From: Deltaproteobacteria bacterium
GTDB taxonomy: Bacteria; Desulfobacterota; Dissulfuribacteria; Dissulfuribacterales; UBA3076
Direction: 5' to 3'
Assembly (NCBI GenBank): GCA_011042225.1
Contig: DQXT01000033.1
Location: 1 to 50,714 of the forward strand
Length of the DNA stretch: 50,714 bases
The notes beneath the pieces are model-generated. The model did no database searches. It was not told the DNA's origin and saw nothing but the letters and a program-made list of their open reading frames with translations. The position numbers and the translations under genes are program-made. This document shows, piece by piece, positions 46,601 through 50,714 of this stretch (positions within the stretch are counted from its first letter, which is position 1; every line of letters begins with the position of its first letter).

Positions 46601-48253
46601 ATGGATCAGACAAATAAAAACCCTGATCCCGAAGACTTCGCTAGAAACGTAGAAAGTACTATTGATGAACTGTTTTGTGTATCACGGCAGATAGAAATAG
46701 ACCCTTTGACTAATGAAATTAAGGACTTATCTCAAGATAAAACAGATAAAGGGCAGGGATTTCAGGTTATAGACCAGAGAGAAAAATATCCTGAAGAAAT
46801 CAAGCCTTCAGATACCATAGAGACAGGAGAACCTGTTGAACACATAGAAAATACCATTAACGAAAAGATATTGGAATCAAGCTCAGATCTGGAGCATGAG
46901 GGAAAAGATACTAAAGATGTGAATTTGGAACAACAACTCAGCCAACTCAACCAACTCTTGTTGACCTTGGAGTGGGAGGTCGACCAGATACAAGCAGTAT
47001 CAGCTAAAAACCTGGTAGAGACAATACTGAAAAATCCAGAGATAGAGGCAGATAAAGATCTCCACGAACTGCTCAGTCTTATGATAAGACTCCTTGAAGG
47101 GATGGCGGATCATCCTGAAAAAATGCCTACTTTCAGCCCAGAGGTCCTGAAAAGAGGTCTTGACACCTTTAAAAACCTTGTTTGGAATGAAGGGCGGGAG
47201 CCAGGGGCTAGAAAAGAGGCCTTTAGATCCATAAAAAAGGAACTTGAATCGGCAATAGACATGGATATAAGCGAAATTGACCGCGAGATATCCTTGAAGG
47301 CGGACTCAGAACACCATATTGAAGAGGTCGATGAGCTTGAATCCGGGGCTAAATATGATGCCCAAAAAAACGCCCAAAAAGAGAAAACTTCCAATCTACA
47401 GGGACATATCGATAATTCCATTCCAGAAACGAACATACAAGAAAAAGCGGCATCCATTGATCCGGAGTTACTTGAACACTCGGTGCTTGTACGTGCGGTC
47501 AAATCCCATATCAAAATCCTTGATGACTGCATAAAATACATTCTACCGGTTGAAAAGCTCCTTGCCCAGACTCAGGGGATGGAAAAACTACATCATTTTC
47601 AGCAAAATATTAAAAACAGGCTTGAAGAACAAAAAAAGATATTGGGAAAGGCATTAAAGGGCGATTACGAACCATCTTCTGATATGAGTAATTATGCTAC
47701 TCAACGGATCGAAGACATTACCATAGAAATTGACAAAACAGAAACGCCTCCGGTGAGCACTTCCTGCCCGTGGAATGAACTTTTGACTGGCCAGTGGAAC
47801 CAAAAGCAAGTTGCATTTATACCTGAACATGTCGCATTTGCAGGTCCCATCCCCTTTTGGGCAAAAAAAGGATTTAAAAATCTGAAAACTTTTAAATTAA
47901 AGAAACTCAAGACCTGGCCATGGACAAAAATTCAGCCAATGATGCATGGGAAATTGTCAAATCGGAAAGAATCGGAGCTTATAAGGCTCGAATTCCCGGT
48001 ACTACAAAAATCGATTTCATCTTCCGATCAGTCTCAGCTCTCAAACCCGACTTTATTGGTCCTCTCTAATGAAAATAAAGGGCTGGTTCTAATGCTGGAT
48101 ACTCCGCTAGAATCCATTTCTATAACTCCTGAGTATTCCTGGGAACCATCCACAAATAACAATGGACAATGGGTTGGCAACCTGGGTATAGATAACAAAC
48201 AGATATCCGTGGCAACACTGGAAAGCCTTTTAAATACACTGCCAAATGAATAA
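46601..48253 (+). CDS. hypothetical protein: acidic linkers, Hpt-like helical bundle, coiled hairpin and CheW-like C-terminus (by eye)
   Basis: 550-aa ORF with AGGAG SD whose stop overlaps the next start. Domain calls are pattern inference only. Confidence 0.75.
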   Translation: MDQTNKNPDPEDFARNVESTIDELFCVSRQIEIDPLTNEIKDLSQDKTDKGQGFQVIDQREKYPEEIKPSDTIETGEPVEHIENTINEKILESSSDLEHEGKDTKDVNLEQQLSQLNQLLLTLEWEVDQIQAVSAKNLVETILKNPEIEADKDLHELLSLMIRLLEGMADHPEKMPTFSPEVLKRGLDTFKNLVWNEGREPGARKEAFRSIKKELESAIDMDISEIDREISLKADSEHHIEEVDELESGAKYDAQKNAQKEKTSNLQGHIDNSIPETNIQEKAASIDPELLEHSVLVRAVKSHIKILDDCIKYILPVEKLLAQTQGMEKLHHFQQNIKNRLEEQKKILGKALKGDYEPSSDMSNYATQRIEDITIEIDKTETPPVSTSCPWNELLTGQWNQKQVAFIPEHVAFAGPIPFWAKKGFKNLKTFKLKKLKTWPWTKIQPMMHGKLSNRKESELIRLEFPVLQKSISSSDQSQLSNPTLLVLSNENKGLVLMLDTPLESISITPEYSWEPSTNNNGQWVGNLGIDNKQISVATLESLLNTLPNE

Positions 48254-50603
48254 TACTTCAACTTCAGACAATCTAAAATCCATGTTAGCGGAAGCCGATC
48301 TTTATTATAGTCAAGGTCTTAACGAAGAGGCCCGCATTATCTGTTTAAAGCTTCTACAAATGACCAGTGATAAATCTGATCCTGTCCGTACTGAAATAGA
48401 ATCCCGTCTGAAAAAACTCCAGTGTGATGGTATGGAAACAGTACAATCGGGAGAGATAAATTTTACCACCAGCCCTGAAGATCTCAAACCTGAAGATCTC
48501 AAAGAATATCAGGACAATAAATTCAGTAGTTGTATAGGTCTCATAGATGCCGGATTTTATTTGGAGGCCATAGAAGAATTAAAGACCTTACTTGAAGCAG
48601 AATACAGACCAGGGATAATTCGAGCAAAGATCGGAGAATCATATCTACAGATGGATATGCCCTTTGAGGCACTTGAATATCTGGAAAAAGCGCTTGAAGA
48701 TACGCAACTGTCCAAAGACGAAAGGCTGGATGTACTATATCAGCTAGCACTTACCCATGAACGAACCGGGGCGATGCCTAAGGCCATCGAGGCGCTTGAA
48801 CAAATCATCCGCCTTGATCCTGCATTTAGAAATGCCAAACAGAGGCTTGAGGGCCTTTCCAAAACCGCTCAGGAATATGGCCGTTTCTATTATCTGATTC
48901 GCAATCAGTCCATCTCTAAGGAACAACTCAGCAGGACCAAAGAATTGGCCAAACAAGGGAAAAAATCCATAGAAAGTATTCTGCTAAACCAGTTTGGCGT
49001 AGACAAAATGGAACTCGGCCGCTCACTTGGCGAATATTACCGATGCCCCTTTGTGGAATTTGACGAACTGGAAGTAGGGAGTACACCTTCTTGCGTGCGC
49101 GGTATCAAAGAACACTTTTTCAGGACCAATTCCTGTGCACCTATTCGCGAAAAAGCGGGGACCCTTATAGTTGCATTAGATAACCCCCATGATTTGGCAA
49201 AGACGGACAATATTAGAAGGGTCCTGAAAGCCAAAAATTTTCAATTTGCAGTAGCACTAAAGGAAGACATCAACAGATTCATAGACTATTTCTATGGAAA
49301 ATATTCTGCAGAAGGATCTGATGATGATGTGTTTGAGCAACTGGAACTGGTTGAAGAAGATTCGGAATTCGAAGAAGAGGATTCCAGCTTAGCATCAGAG
49401 GCCGATAGCGTAGTAGTCCAGATAGCCAATAAAATTATAGAGGATGCCTTTCAGCGCAGGGCCTCTGATATACATATTGAAAGCCTAGCAGGCAAACGGG
49501 GTGCCCTCGTCCGCTTCAGGATTGATGGCGATTGCATGCGATATCAGACAATTCCATATAACTATAAGCGGGGCCTATTATCCAGAATCAAAATCATGTC
49601 TAATCTGGACATTGCCGAAAAACGCCTGCCTCAAGATGGAAAAATAAAATTCAAGACCCGATCCGGCAAACCCCTGGAACTTCGTGTAGCCACACTCCCC
49701 ACAACGGAAGGCAATGAAGATGTCGTACTGAGGTTATTGGCCTCTTCTGATGCTATGCCAATTGATCGCATAGGGCTCCTTGATCAAAATCTTAGTCAGC
49801 TAAAGCAGCTTTTGCAGTTGCCTTATGGACTTATACTGGCAGTCGGTCCTACCGGATCAGGAAAAACAACCAGTCTGCATTCTGCACTTGGCTATATAAA
49901 TCGACCTGAAAAGAAAATTTGGACAGCCGAAGATCCTGTAGAAATCATGCAGGAGGGATTGCGTCAGGTACAGGTAAGGCCCCATATTGGTCTGACCTTT
50001 GCTCGGGTTCTCAGGGCCTTTTTAAGGGCCGATCCGGATGTAATAATGGTAGGCGAAACCCGAGATGAAGAAACTGCTATAACAGCAATAGAGGCATCCC
50101 TGACAGGGCATTTAGTCTTTTCAACCCTCCACACCAATTCCGCCCCTGAGACAGTTACAAGGCTTTTAGGGATGGGAATGGACCCTTTCAACTTTGCTGA
50201 TGCCCTTTTAGGCGTCTTGGCTCAAAGGCTTGTAAAAAGACTCTGCCCTAAGTGTCGTGAGGCATATCAGCCTGATGACAATGAAAAAAAACATATTCTA
50301 CACGAATACGGGTTTCATCCGACTCATCCCCTAGAACTATCAAAACTGAACGACATAACACTTTATCGGCCCAAGGGTTGCCAATATTGCAACAGGACCG
50401 GTTTCCGAGGCAGGCTTGCAATTCACGAACTACTCATATCGGATGACGGTCTCAAAAAACTTATACAAGATAAAAGGCCTGTGGGAGAGATCCGAGAATA
50501 TGTCATGAACCAGGGAATGTTTACCTTAAAACAAGACGGTATACAAAAGGTCTTAAATGGAGATACAGACCTCAAGCAGATTAAAGCAGCCTGCATAAGG
50601 TGA
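48246..50603 (+). CDS. PilB/GspE-family secretion ATPase with N-terminal TPR module
   Basis: ASDIHIE, RFRIDG, LDIAEKRLPQDG, Walker A GPTGSGKTT, TAEDPVE, LRADPDVIMVGETRD, GHLVFSTLHTN and the CPKC/CQYC Zn site. aa 1-205 are TPR-like. Confidence 0.93.
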   Translation: MNNTSTSDNLKSMLAEADLYYSQGLNEEARIICLKLLQMTSDKSDPVRTEIESRLKKLQCDGMETVQSGEINFTTSPEDLKPEDLKEYQDNKFSSCIGLIDAGFYLEAIEELKTLLEAEYRPGIIRAKIGESYLQMDMPFEALEYLEKALEDTQLSKDERLDVLYQLALTHERTGAMPKAIEALEQIIRLDPAFRNAKQRLEGLSKTAQEYGRFYYLIRNQSISKEQLSRTKELAKQGKKSIESILLNQFGVDKMELGRSLGEYYRCPFVEFDELEVGSTPSCVRGIKEHFFRTNSCAPIREKAGTLIVALDNPHDLAKTDNIRRVLKAKNFQFAVALKEDINRFIDYFYGKYSAEGSDDDVFEQLELVEEDSEFEEEDSSLASEADSVVVQIANKIIEDAFQRRASDIHIESLAGKRGALVRFRIDGDCMRYQTIPYNYKRGLLSRIKIMSNLDIAEKRLPQDGKIKFKTRSGKPLELRVATLPTTEGNEDVVLRLLASSDAMPIDRIGLLDQNLSQLKQLLQLPYGLILAVGPTGSGKTTSLHSALGYINRPEKKIWTAEDPVEIMQEGLRQVQVRPHIGLTFARVLRAFLRADPDVIMVGETRDEETAITAIEASLTGHLVFSTLHTNSAPETVTRLLGMGMDPFNFADALLGVLAQRLVKRLCPKCREAYQPDDNEKKHILHEYGFHPTHPLELSKLNDITLYRPKGCQYCNRTGFRGRLAIHELLISDDGLKKLIQDKRPVGEIREYVMNQGMFTLKQDGIQKVLNGDTDLKQIKAACIR

Positions 50604-50611
50604 GGTAACCA

Positions 50612-50688
50612 TTCAGAGGTTCAGGGTTCAAAGGTTCAAAGGTTACACTGAAAGATGAACATCGAACATCGAACGTCCAACGTCGAAT
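50612..50688 (+). repeat. short tandem 7-8-bp repeats
   Basis: AGGTTCA-GGGTTCA-AAGGTTCA-AAGGTTA followed by GAACATC-GAACATC-GAACGTC-CAACGTC-GAA. Confidence 0.75.
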
Positions 50689-50714
50689 GAAAAACAAACA
50701 CCAAATGAGAAATA

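Noticed and set aside
2035-50191. Numerous 60-190 aa ORFs overlapping annotated genes on the opposite strand or in alternate frames
   Set aside because: They are shadows of well-supported genes, with no motifs or independent translation signals.
50612-50688. CRISPR array
   Set aside because: The units are 7-8 bp with no spacers. No CRISPR repeats or cas genes were seen anywhere in the window.

Overview
Mostly core chromosome of a Gram-negative bacterium, most likely Desulfobacterota/deltaproteobacterial. That assignment is inferred from gene order and content (tilS-ftsH-folP-cdaA-cdaR-glmM, pal, skp, mglBA, PilB-type ATPase). From left to right: decayed mobile-element debris (RAYT-type HUH transposase fragment joined to an ssb fragment) beside tRNA-Arg(TCT); coaE, nfeD-like gene, yitJ-type methionine gene; tilS-ftsH-folP-cdaA-cdaR-glmM; a minus-strand dcw cluster (mraZ to ftsZ); mltG, tsaC, a purD-purE fusion; a deleted and frameshifted IS; DUF364; a NodB-like protein; ispB, mutS, amidase, pal, skp, tkt; and an mglB-mglA-hypothetical-TPR::PilB locus. 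Two candidate undescribed systems stand out. (1) The dcw cluster has no ftsW, and its full-length FtsI-like protein has lost all three transpeptidase catalytic motifs. This suggests division without a working FtsW-FtsI pair. (2) A compact polarity/type IV pilus module places MglB/MglA next to a kinase-less CheA-like protein and a PilB/GspE ATPase fused to a TPR module. All domain calls were made by eye, with no searches run.
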